Assembly (NCBI GenBank): GCA_005883135.1
Contig: VAZM01000070.1
Span: 1 to 51,856 of the forward strand
From: Alphaproteobacteria bacterium
Lineage (GTDB): Bacteria > Pseudomonadota > Alphaproteobacteria > Rhizobiales > Xanthobacteraceae
Direction of reading: 5' to 3'
DNA length: 51,856 nt
The translations under genes and the position numbers were made by a program. Below, in pieces: positions 1 through 9,302 of this stretch; the first letter of the stretch is position 1, and each line of letters starts with the position of its first letter. The notes beneath the pieces were generated by a model, which did not search any database, had not been told where the DNA came from, and was given only the letters and a program-made list of their open reading frames with translations.

Positions 1-49
1 CCGCCAAAGAACCGACTGACGTAGTTGCTCTCCCGCTCGATCGGCATGT

Positions 50-1822
50 TCATGACAATATCCTATCACCTTGATTCGTGGCGGCGGAGGCGGCGCGCCC
101 GCGCTCGATCGTCTCCAGCATTCGTTCGAGCGTTTCTAGCCGGTCCGCGTCGGCGGGCCGCTTATCCCAGCGTAGGCGGTTGATGCGGGGAAAGCGCATG
201 GCAAGGCCCGATTTGTGTCGCGTCGAGCGCTGCAGTCCCTCGAACGCCACCTCGAGCACCAGGCCCTGCTCGGCCTCGTGCACCACTTCGCGTACCGGGC
301 CGAACCGCTCTACCGTGTTGCGGCGGACGAACCGGTCGATCTGAAGGAGCTCCTCGTCGGTGAAACCGAAATAGGCCTTGCCCACCGGCACCAGCACCTC
401 GCCATCGTCGCCCTTGGCCCAGACTCCGAAAGTATAGTCGGAATAATAGGACGAGCGCTTGCCGTGGCCGCGCTGGGCGTAGATCAGCACGGCGTCGACG
501 ATGAACGGATCGCGCTTCCACTTCCACCAGAGGCCCCTGGGGCGGCCGGGCACATAGGGCGCATCGCGCCGCTTGAGCATGATGCCCTCGACCGCGTCGG
601 CATCCGCGCCTGCGCCAGCCGCCGCCGGATTCTGTCGCGCGGCGATGAGATCATCCCACGTGACGAACGTCACCAGCGGCGAGAGATCGACGCGCGCATC
701 GTCCAGGCGGGGGACGAACTGTTCGAGCCGCGCGCGCCGCTCGACGAACGGACGCTGGCGCAGGTCTTCCTCGCCGTCGACCAGGAGATCGTAGACGCGC
801 AGATGGGCGGGAAATTCGGCCAGGAGCTTGGGGCTGACCGTCTTGCGATTGAGCCGCTGCTGCAGCACGTTGAAACTTTGCACGCGTCCCTCGCGCATGA
901 TCAGGAGCTCGCCGTCGATTGCGCCGGCGCGCCGCAACGAATTGGTCAGGTCGGGGAAGCTAGCCGAAATATCCTCGCCCGTGCGCGAGTAAAGCCGCGC
1001 AATGGATCTACCGTCCTCGCCGGTGCCGGCAACGGCTTGGACGCGAATACCGTCCCATTTCCATTCGCCCAAAAAATCCTTGGGATCGAGCGCGCCGAGA
1101 TCGCTCTCCTCGATCGCATGGGCGAGCATCGGCGGTCGGAAAGGAGCGGGATCGTGGCTCGTCGGTTTGTCGCCACGTCCGTCGAGCCAGGCGAACAGTT
1201 CGAGATAGGGCGGCCGCATGGCGGGCCAGATCAACTCGATCTCTTGCGGGTCCTTGTCGCCGAGTGCAGCGGCCGCGGTCTTCGCCAGACGGGCAGAGAC
1301 GCCGATCCGCAACTCGCCGGTCACAACCTTCAGCAGCGCCCAACGGCCGGTCTCGTCGAGCTGGTCGAGCCAACGCGCGAGATGTCCCGGCAGATCGGCC
1401 TTGCTCAACGAGGAGAGCGCGATGACCACCGAAGACAACAACAGCTCGCCATCTTGCCGCGGATCGGCGGCGTTCGGTCCACGCATCTGCGCCGCGGAGG
1501 CGGAGCGCTCGGCATCGCCTGGCTCCGGCGCTCCATCGGACTGCATGCGTGCTTTCCACATCAATGCGACAGTCTCGGAGAGGTCGCCGACATAATCGTA
1601 GGACAATTCGAACAGTACCGGATCGACCCGCTCCGCGATCAGGGCGCGCAGCATGCTCGGCTTTGCGTGCTGAAAAGTCAGCCCGCCGGTAAGCGCCGCA
1701 AGCGCGTAGCCGCGCTCCGGATCGGGGGTGCTGCGGAAATAATCCGTCATCAGCCGCAGTTTGTTGTTGCGGCCCGGCTCATAGGCGAGGCGATTGAGCA
1801 ATTCGGCGAAGCGATTCATCAC
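50..1822 (-). CDS. ATP-dependent DNA ligase of the ligase-associated DNA damage response cluster
   Basis: 590-aa ORF with adenylation motif KxDG (GEWKWDGIR). The start (GTG 1822 or ATG 1819) overlaps the TGA of the upstream exonuclease gene. Clustered with MBL exonuclease, DEXH helicase and PdeM. Confidence 0.9.
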   Translation of the reverse strand: MMNRFAELLNRLAYEPGRNNKLRLMTDYFRSTPDPERGYALAALTGGLTFQHAKPSMLRALIAERVDPVLFELSYDYVGDLSETVALMWKARMQSDGAPEPGDAERSASAAQMRGPNAADPRQDGELLLSSVVIALSSLSKADLPGHLARWLDQLDETGRWALLKVVTGELRIGVSARLAKTAAAALGDKDPQEIELIWPAMRPPYLELFAWLDGRGDKPTSHDPAPFRPPMLAHAIEESDLGALDPKDFLGEWKWDGIRVQAVAGTGEDGRSIARLYSRTGEDISASFPDLTNSLRRAGAIDGELLIMREGRVQSFNVLQQRLNRKTVSPKLLAEFPAHLRVYDLLVDGEEDLRQRPFVERRARLEQFVPRLDDARVDLSPLVTFVTWDDLIAARQNPAAAGAGADADAVEGIMLKRRDAPYVPGRPRGLWWKWKRDPFIVDAVLIYAQRGHGKRSSYYSDYTFGVWAKGDDGEVLVPVGKAYFGFTDEELLQIDRFVRRNTVERFGPVREVVHEAEQGLVLEVAFEGLQRSTRHKSGLAMRFPRINRLRWDKRPADADRLETLERMLETIERGRAASAATNQGDRILS

Positions 1823-2856
1823 GCCTCGCCGGGATTTTCGGACAGGCCGTCGGCCTCGTCCTCATCGCCGTAGCCGACGATATCCAGCGCCCGTGCCTGC
1901 AGCCCTTGGGTCGCGCTCCAGTGCACCAGGGCTTCTTCTTGGCCGTGCGTGACCCACACCTCGGAGGCGCCCGTCGCGGCGATGGTCGCGGTAAGGCCGT
2001 CCCAGTCGGCGTGATCGGAAATCACCAGCGGCAATTCGACCAGATGCTGGCGCGCGCGCGCCCGCACGCGCATCCATCCCGAGGCAAAGCAAGTCACCGG
2101 ATCGGGGAAGCGCCGGGACCACAAGTCCCTCAATGTCGAGGGAGGACAGAGCGTAATAGCGCCGGCGAGTTCCGCCTTGTTCGCGTTGCGCGCGAGCTCG
2201 ACCCGTCCAAGCCCGATGCCGCGGCTCTGGTAATAACGCGTGACCTTCTCCATTGCCCCATGGACGTAGATCGTCTGGTCGTATCCAGCCGCGCGGAGCA
2301 TCGCGATCACGCGCTGCGCCTTGCCGAGGGCATAGGCGCCGACGAGATGCGCACGCTCGGGAAAGAGGCCGACAGAACGCAGCAGTTTTGCAATTTCGGC
2401 TTCGGGGTTGCCGTGGCGGAAGACCGGCAGCCCGAAAGTGGCCTCGGTGATGAACGTGTCGCACCGGACCAGCTCGAATGAGGCGCAGGTCGGATCGGCG
2501 ACGTTCTTGTAGTCGCCGGAGGCGACCACGCGTAGCCCGTTTGCCGCGACGGCGACCTGCGCCGAGCCAAGCACGTGGCCGGCGGGATGCAACGTCACCC
2601 GTGCGCGCCCGAGCGTGACGGTCTCGCCGTAGCGAATCGCTTGTGTCGAACCGGCAAAGCTTTCGCCGTAGCGCAGGCGCATGAGATCGAGCGTCTCCTG
2701 CGTGGCAAGCACGGCGCCATGGCCGGGCCGGGCGTGGTCGCCGTGAGCGTGTGTAATGACGGCTTTTTCCACTGTCGCCGTCGGATCGATATGGAAGCCG
2801 CCGATCCTGCAGCAGATCCCGGCGGGTGTTCGTAGGAGAATGTCCTCGGGCCGCAT
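1819..2856 (-). CDS. ligase-associated DNA damage response exonuclease (metallo-beta-lactamase / beta-CASP fold)
   Basis: 345-aa ORF with MBL motif HxHxDH (ITHAHGDHARPGH). Translationally coupled to the ligase gene. Confidence 0.85.
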   Translation of the reverse strand: MRPEDILLRTPAGICCRIGGFHIDPTATVEKAVITHAHGDHARPGHGAVLATQETLDLMRLRYGESFAGSTQAIRYGETVTLGRARVTLHPAGHVLGSAQVAVAANGLRVVASGDYKNVADPTCASFELVRCDTFITEATFGLPVFRHGNPEAEIAKLLRSVGLFPERAHLVGAYALGKAQRVIAMLRAAGYDQTIYVHGAMEKVTRYYQSRGIGLGRVELARNANKAELAGAITLCPPSTLRDLWSRRFPDPVTCFASGWMRVRARARQHLVELPLVISDHADWDGLTATIAATGASEVWVTHGQEEALVHWSATQGLQARALDIVGYGDEDEADGLSENPGEA

Positions 2857-3091
2857 AGCTCTGAGATATGATGCGAATGACGCAATGACAGGTGCACTCG
2901 GCCGAACCGGTCCCCCGTCGCGCGAGAAAGGATACGACCGTGAGCGATGTCTTGAAGGCGGCTCCGCAGGTGACGATAGCCTCCGTCGCGAGCGCCGCCC
3001 TCGCGCTACCGAGGCTGTGCACCGGCGCGTTCGTGAAGAGGGCGCTTGCGATCAGCCTGCAACTAAACACCGCGCGCCCCGTTCCCTGGGC

Positions 3092-5636
3092 ATGAACGTG
3101 CTCGCTTCGGCCTCGCTTCTGCCCGAACCGTTTTTGCGTTGGTTCGCCGGCCGCGGCTGGACTGTGCGCGCACACCAGCTTGAGCTTCTGGCGAAGGCGC
3201 GCGCCGGCCGTTCCGTGCTGCTGATCGCGCCCACCGGAGCGGGCAAGACGCTGGCGGGCTTCTTGCCGAGCTTGGTGGAGCTCAGCGCGGCATTCTCGGC
3301 CGGCCGGGCGCCGCCGAGGTCGCGTCAGCCCGTCTCCACCGGTCGAGGGATCAGGTGCGAAGGCGGGCTCCACACCCTCTACATCTCTCCGCTGAAGGCG
3401 CTCGCCGTCGACATCGCCCGTAACCTGGAGCGGCCGATCGCTGAAATGGGATTGCCGATCCGCATCGAGACGCGCAGCGGCGACACGCCCGCATCGAAGC
3501 GCCAGCGCCAGCACCGCGATCCGCCGGAGATCCTGCTCACCACGCCCGAGCAGCTCACGCTGATCTTGGCCTCCCCCGACGCGCCCTATCTGTTCGGCTC
3601 GCTCAAGCGGGTGGTACTCGACGAGCTGCACGCGCTGGTGACATCGAAACGGGGCGATCTGCTGTCGCTCGGATTGGCTCGGCTGTTCGCGCTCGCGCCC
3701 GATCTCACGAGCATCGGACTATCCGCGACCGTGGCCGAGCCCGACGACCTGCGCCGCTTTCTCGTGCCGCAGCGTCCCGGCATGGCCCTCGCCGATCTCG
3801 TCGTGGCGCGGGGCGGGGCCGCTCCCGACATCGTCATGCTCGACACCGCTGAGCGATTGCCTTGGGCCGGTCATACCGCTCATCACGCGCTCGACGAGAT
3901 CTATCGGTTGATCAGGAGCCACAAAACCGCGCTCATCTTCGTCAACACGCGCAGCCAAGCCGAGAGCGTGTTCCAGGAGTTATGGCGCCTCAATGAGGAT
4001 GCGCTTGCCATCGCACTCCATCATGGCTCCCTCGACGTGGCGCAACGCCGCAAAGTCGAGGCGGCGATGGCGCAAGGCAAGCTGTGCGCGGTTGTCGCTA
4101 CCTCCTCGCTCGACCTCGGCGTGGACTGGGGCGACGTTGATCTCGTCGTCAATATCGGTGCACCCAAGGGCGCTTCGCGTCTTCTCCAGCGCATCGGTCG
4201 CGCCAACCACCGCATGGACGAGCCTTCGAAAGGCGTGTTGGTTCCGGCCAATCGCTTCGAGGTGATCGAATGCGCCGCGGCGCTCGCGGCCATTGCCGAT
4301 GATGCGCAGGACACTCCTTCGGCGCGCACCGGTGCGCTCGACGTGCTTGCGCAACACCTGCTGGGCTCAGCCTGTGGCGAGCCATTCCTCAGCGACGAGC
4401 TGTACGCCCAGGTGAGGAGCGCCGCCCCCTATGCAGGGCTTGCCCGCGCCGACTTCGATGCCGTCCTCGATTTCGTCGCCACCGGCGGCTACGCGCTCAA
4501 AGCCTATGAACGCTTCGCCAAGATCAGACAAGCCCAGGATGGCCGCTGGCGCGTGGCCCACCCCATGATCGCGCAACGCTATCGCATGAATGTCGGCACC
4601 ATCGTCGAGGCCGATATGCTCAAGGTGAGGCTCGTGCGCTCGCGTGCCTCGAAGATGATTCCGCGCGGCGGGCGGCTTTTGGGCGCAGTCGAGGAACATT
4701 TCATCGAGACGTTGGTGCCCGGCGATACCTTCGTTTTCGCCGGCGAGATCCTGAGATACGAGGCGCTGGTCGAAGACGAGGTCTATGTTTCGCGGGCCGC
4801 CGCCGAGGAGCCCAAGGTGCCGTCCTACGAGGGCGGAAAATTTCCCCTCTCGACCTATCTCGCCGACCGCGTAAGAAAAATCGTTTCTGATCGGGACGAA
4901 TGGCGATCGCTGCCGTACCAGGTGCGCGAATGGTTGCAGATCCAGGAGCGACGGTCGCTCCTTCCGCGGCCGCGCCAATTGTTGGTCGAGACTTTCCCGC
5001 GCGCGGACAAGCATTATTTCATCTGCTATCCCTTCGAGGGGCGGTTGGCGCATCAAACGCTCGGCATGCTGCTCACGCGCCGGCTCGAGCGGGCCCGGCT
5101 TCGTCCGCTCGGCTTTGTGGCGAATGAATATGCGCTGGCGATCTGGGGCCTCGGTGACGTCGCACAGGAAGCCGGCCGCGGCGAGTTATCGCTGGCGACA
5201 TTGTTCGACGAGGATATGCTCGGCGACGATCTCGAAGCCTGGCTTGGCGAATCGGCGCTGATGAAGCGCACCTTCCGAACCTGCGCGATCATCGCGGGCC
5301 TGATCGAACGCCGCTTCCCGGGCAAGGAGAAGTCGCGCCGGGAAGTGACGATCTCGACCGATCTCGTCTACGACGTGTTGCGTCGCCATCAACCCGATCA
5401 CATCCTCTTGCGCGCGGCCCGCGCGGACGCCGCGACGGGTCTGCTCGACATTTCGCCGTCTAGGCGAGATGCTCTCGCGCATTCGCGGCCGAATCATCCA
5501 TCGACCGCTCGACCGCGTCTCGCCGCTCGCGCTGCCGGTGATGCTCGAAATCGGCCGCGAATCGGTTTACGGCGAAGCATCCGAAGTGCTGTTGGCGGAA
5601 GCCGAGGCGCAGCTCGTGAAAGAGGCGTTGGAGTGA
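3092..5636 (+). CDS. ligase-associated DEXH-box helicase (Lhr-core type); reading frame broken near 5450 as assembled
   Basis: ATG 3092 (MNVLASASLLPEPFLRWF) is in frame with track ORF 2756-6370. Motifs: Walker A APTGAGKT, DELH box (VVLDELHAL), LSAT. The family-like C-terminus RRLGEMLSRIRGRIIHRPLDRVSPLALPVMLEIGRE...KEALE lies in the +1 frame and stops at TGA 5634-5636. Confidence 0.8.
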
Positions 5637-6370
5637 GTGGAGCGAGCACACAAGGAGCAGCGGTGGCCGGTCACGATGACGGCCGCGGCGGGACGGGCCG
5701 AACAGAGGTGGAGATCGCCGCTGTAGCGCTCGTCCTCGATTGTACCGGCGCGCTCTATTGGCCCGATGCGGGGCTACTCGCCATCTCCGACCTACATCTG
5801 GAGAAAGGTTCGAGCTTCGCGGCGCGCGGCGTGCTGCTGCCCCCCTATGACACCGCGACCACCTTGGCGCGGCTTGCCACCATCATTGCTCGCTACGCGC
5901 CGCAGACGGTGGTCGCGCTGGGCGACAGCTTTCACGATGGGCACGGCGCCGCTCGCATGTTGGCGCCCGACCGCGACGCGCTTCGGGTGCTCCAGCGCGG
6001 CCGCGAATGGATCTGGATCGCCGGCAACCACGATCCCGATCCGGCGATCGGGATGGGCGGCAGTTTCGGCGCCGTGCTTGCCCTCGGCGCGCTGAGCTTC
6101 CGGCACGAGCCTAGCGGTGCCGCGGGCGAAATCGCCGGCCACCTGCATCCGGTTGCGCGGGTGAGCGGGCGAGGCTGCAGCATCACTCGACGCTGCTTCG
6201 CGAGTGACGGCATGCGCTTGCTCATGCCGGCGTTTGGCGCCTTTGTCGGCGGGTTGAACGTGGGGGAGCGTGCCGTCGCCGATGTTTTCGGCACCTTCGC
6301 TTTCACGGCTTACGTGCTCGGGGAGGGGCGGATCTATGCTCTCCCCGCCGCGCGATGTGTCGGGGCGTAA
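5633..6370 (+). CDS. pdeM: ligase-associated DNA damage response endonuclease PdeM (metallophosphoesterase)
   Basis: Motifs DLHLEKG, GDSFHD, GNHD, GHLHP. GTG 5633 overlaps the helicase stop (GTGA), with AGAGG 7 nt upstream. In the assembly it is also the 3' part of the continuous ORF 2756-6370. Alternative start GTG 5708. Confidence 0.8.
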   Translation: MSGASTQGAAVAGHDDGRGGTGRTEVEIAAVALVLDCTGALYWPDAGLLAISDLHLEKGSSFAARGVLLPPYDTATTLARLATIIARYAPQTVVALGDSFHDGHGAARMLAPDRDALRVLQRGREWIWIAGNHDPDPAIGMGGSFGAVLALGALSFRHEPSGAAGEIAGHLHPVARVSGRGCSITRRCFASDGMRLLMPAFGAFVGGLNVGERAVADVFGTFAFTAYVLGEGRIYALPAARCVGA

Positions 6371-6478
6371 GCCCTCGCTCCCTTCGTGTCGCACCTCGAC
6401 TGCAGCCTCTTGAACCGGGTTCGCCGCAGCCAGGCCGCAGTCATGAGGTGGACCTCGGGGGATCTTGTGTGATGCGCA

Positions 6479-7264
6479 TTAATCCCGCCGAAAAACGATG
6501 GATGCGAACCAGCCGGTGGCGATTGCCATCATCGCGGTAGCGAGCCCGTAGAGCACCCCGTGCTCGCGCGCGGCGGCGGTGACAACCTGCTCAAAACCGG
6601 ATTTGTAGACCTCGAACGGAGCAGGCGTGCGTGCGATCTGTGCGCCATCGACGAACAGCCGGACATCAACCTCATACGTACCGACTGGCACCTCGGCCGG
6701 CAACGGAATGGAGGCGCGGAACAAAGCCGGGGCGAGGAACGTCACCCCATTCGAAGCTTCGCGGTAGAGTCCCTGCTCGGTCTTGATTTTGATGAAGGCG
6801 AGACGGAAGGGATCATCGCTGGCGGCATCGGCGATATTGATGCTAGCCCGCTGCAGCAATGGAATGTTATCGAGGCCGAGCTGCAGGCGGCGCAGCGTTT
6901 CGGTGTTTGTGATGGCGTCGAGGGGCCGGTTTGAGAGCACGGCGAGATAGGCCGGCGCATTCTCCAGCACGCGCGAATCGGCGTTCACCCACAGGCCGAG
7001 TATCCGCTCCTTGCGGAAGGTCATCATGGTTTGTCGCGGCCCGGTAACCGTGACGATGATGTCATAGCCAGCGCGCCGCGGGCGGGACGCTGCATCCTGC
7101 TCGATTCCGCCGAACAGCACGAGTTCTTCGCCGACGAAATTCGACGTTATCATCACGCGATGGTTGGAAAGCGAGGCGACCAGCCGCTCCCCTGCGGCAG
7201 GTGCAGCCGATGCGATGAGCGCACTAAAAGCGGCCGCGAAAGCAGCTAAAGAAATGCGCGTCAT
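6479..7264 (-). CDS. TIGR02186 / Alph_Pro_TM family protein (alphaproteobacterial putative membrane protein, function unknown)
   Basis: 261-aa ORF with an N-terminal signal-like segment (AAFAAAFSALIASAAPAAG) and a C-terminal TM helix (GLATAMMAIATGWFASIVF). Family assignment is from recalled sequence pattern. ATGA overlap with the upstream TauE gene. Confidence 0.75.
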   Translation of the reverse strand: MTRISLAAFAAAFSALIASAAPAAGERLVASLSNHRVMITSNFVGEELVLFGGIEQDAASRPRRAGYDIIVTVTGPRQTMMTFRKERILGLWVNADSRVLENAPAYLAVLSNRPLDAITNTETLRRLQLGLDNIPLLQRASINIADAASDDPFRLAFIKIKTEQGLYREASNGVTFLAPALFRASIPLPAEVPVGTYEVDVRLFVDGAQIARTPAPFEVYKSGFEQVVTAAAREHGVLYGLATAMMAIATGWFASIVFRRD

Positions 7265-8187
7265 ATGTCGCCATCCATCGCGCGGACGGAATAGAGGGTC
7301 TCGGGTGGCAGGACCAGATTGACGGCAAAACGAATTCCGACCGCGAGTACGAGCAGGCCGAGCAGGAGGCGCAGCCGCTCGCCGCTCATCTTCTGTCCGG
7401 CGCGCGCGCCGAACTGCGCCCCGACCACTCCGCCAACCATTAGAAACAGCGCGAGCAGCGCGTCGACAAGGTGGTTGACGGCTGCGTGCATGACCGTGGC
7501 GGAAGCCATGGTCACCAGGGTGAGGACCATCGACGTGCCGATGACCGTCGCGGTGGGCACCCGCAGCACGTAGATCAGCATCGGCACCAGCAAAAAGCCG
7601 CCGCCGATGCCCATAACTGCCCCGACAAAACCGATAATGAAGCCGATCCCCCAGACCGGAATCGCGGAGACATAGATGCGCGAGCGCTTGAAGCGCAGCT
7701 TGAGCGGCAATCCATGGATCCAGGTGTGGCTGCCGGGCCTGCGCAGCTCGACCGGCTTACCTTGCCGCGCGCGGAAGATGGCGCGCACGCTCTCGGTCAC
7801 CATCAATGCGCCGACGATGCTAAGGAGAAGGACGTAGGAGACACCGATGGTGATATCGAGCTGACCGATCGCGCGCAGCGTCGTGAACAGCCAGACCCCG
7901 AAGGCGGTGCCGACGATGCCGCCGGCGAGCAGCATGAAGGCGAGCGCGAGATCGATGGCCTTACGATGCCAATAGCTGATCGCGCCGGACATGGAGGACG
8001 CGGCAATGTGACCGGTCACGCTCGCCACGGCAACCGCCGGCGAGATGCCGAGGAAAATCAGCAGCGGAGTCATGAGAAATCCGCCGCCGATGCCGAACAT
8101 GCCGGAGATGAAGCCGACCGCGAGCCCCATGGCCAGGATGACGAAGACGTTGACCGGCAGGTCTGCGATCGGGAGATAGATCTGCAA
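7261..8187 (-). CDS. TauE/SafE family anion (sulfite) exporter-like membrane protein
   Basis: Polytopic membrane ORF with duplicated glycine motifs (GMFGIGGGFLMTPLL and GAVMGIGGGFLLVPML). Preferred start is TTG 8187 (MQIYLPIADLP, AAGGA 9 nt upstream). The track ORF runs to 8307 through an Arg/Ala/Pro-rich, probably untranslated extension. Confidence 0.85.
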   Translation of the reverse strand: MQIYLPIADLPVNVFVILAMGLAVGFISGMFGIGGGFLMTPLLIFLGISPAVAVASVTGHIAASSMSGAISYWHRKAIDLALAFMLLAGGIVGTAFGVWLFTTLRAIGQLDITIGVSYVLLLSIVGALMVTESVRAIFRARQGKPVELRRPGSHTWIHGLPLKLRFKRSRIYVSAIPVWGIGFIIGFVGAVMGIGGGFLLVPMLIYVLRVPTATVIGTSMVLTLVTMASATVMHAAVNHLVDALLALFLMVGGVVGAQFGARAGQKMSGERLRLLLGLLVLAVGIRFAVNLVLPPETLYSVRAMDGDI

Positions 8188-8446
8188 GGCGTGCGGTCCT
8201 TGGCTCTCTGCCGCAGGACAGCTCGTAGCTGGCGCCTGCGAAAAGCTGGCGAGTCTCGACCGTATCGCGGCGCCAGCCGCAAACGGCCGTCTAACGAATC
8301 GCGGCAACGATCGGCAGGAGCCGATGTCCGCTAATCGTGGCGAGAGGGCATCGCCAGCACGACGCCCGCGAAATGAGCTCAGGACTGAGCGGACACGCGA
8401 GCCATTCTACCGATGTTCGCCGCGCACACTACGCCCTGACACTTTC

Positions 8447-9097
8447 TTATTGCGCAGGACGAGGCATGGCAAGGTCGAGGTTGGTGCCAACTGCGGAAGG
8501 CACGGGCCTGACGGACGCGGCTGATGCCGCAGTCGCGGCCACGGTGCCGTTCGAGAACGGAACCTTTCCGGTCACGTCCAAGTCGAGCGCCGATCGAAGA
8601 TGCAAGGGATCGGCCGCCGATGCGGCGAGGGCGGGATCGCCGCCGCTGGCCAGTTCCGGAACGGTGCTGGGCACGATATCGGGGCCGACGTTGCTAGGAG
8701 TTACTAGGACCGTTTCAGCGGAAGGGCTGACCATGATTCTCGCGATCTGCAGTAACCCAAGCGCGATGAGAACGGCGGCGGTTGCGCCAATCAAGACGTG
8801 CAGCCTTGCGATGCCACCGGCCGCTACGAGAACAGCAGCTTGTGTGGCGGCGGTGGTATCTTGGGCCGTTGCGACATCTCCGTTCCCCGCCTGTGCAGCG
8901 CGTCGCGCTGCGGCGATCAGATCCGACCTCCCGCCCGGATCCGGCATAACTGATAACTTGGCGCCGCCAATCCTGGAGTCGGACGCCAGCACCTCGTTCG
9001 CGTCGCCGAGCGAGATGTCGCACTGTGCGGCATCGCGCGCGACCTGACGGGTCCGCGAGCTTACTCCGATAACTTGCCACGGAACGTCGGATGTCAT
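8447..9097 (-). CDS. hypothetical membrane-anchored protein
   Basis: 216-aa ORF with one central hydrophobic helix (IGATAAVLIALGLLQIARIMV). Its composition is more protein-like than the mirror ORF 8337-9047(+). Third codon positions of the two ORFs coincide, so GC3 cannot discriminate between them. Confidence 0.4.
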   Translation of the reverse strand: MTSDVPWQVIGVSSRTRQVARDAAQCDISLGDANEVLASDSRIGGAKLSVMPDPGGRSDLIAAARRAAQAGNGDVATAQDTTAATQAAVLVAAGGIARLHVLIGATAAVLIALGLLQIARIMVSPSAETVLVTPSNVGPDIVPSTVPELASGGDPALAASAADPLHLRSALDLDVTGKVPFSNGTVAATAASAASVRPVPSAVGTNLDLAMPRPAQ

Positions 9098-9302
9098 TCC
9101 CGCATCAATATTCGCCCACGTGCAGCGGGGAGCCGGACCTCGTCTGGGCCGGTCCTCGTTGGCAGGTAGTGGTAGGCTGCGGCTTAAAGCCCTCGGGCAG
9201 TGTTTGTCGTTCGGGTAAACAGACGGTTAAGGTTTGCGCCGCGTGGAGGCTTGCAGCCTCACATGCTCGTCGCGCAAGCTGGGGCGATCAACAGGGTTCA
9301 TC

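Noticed and set aside
1-47. Minus-strand ATG at 47, three nt after the ligase stop, open to the left edge (MPIERESNYVSRFFGG...).
   Set aside because: Only 15 codons are visible, with no motif and no clear ribosome-binding site. This is not enough to call a gene.
2756-3091. N-terminal 112-codon extension of the helicase ORF in the track.
   Set aside because: It overlaps the exonuclease gene start on the other strand and has junk-like composition. The family-typical N-terminus begins at ATG 3092.
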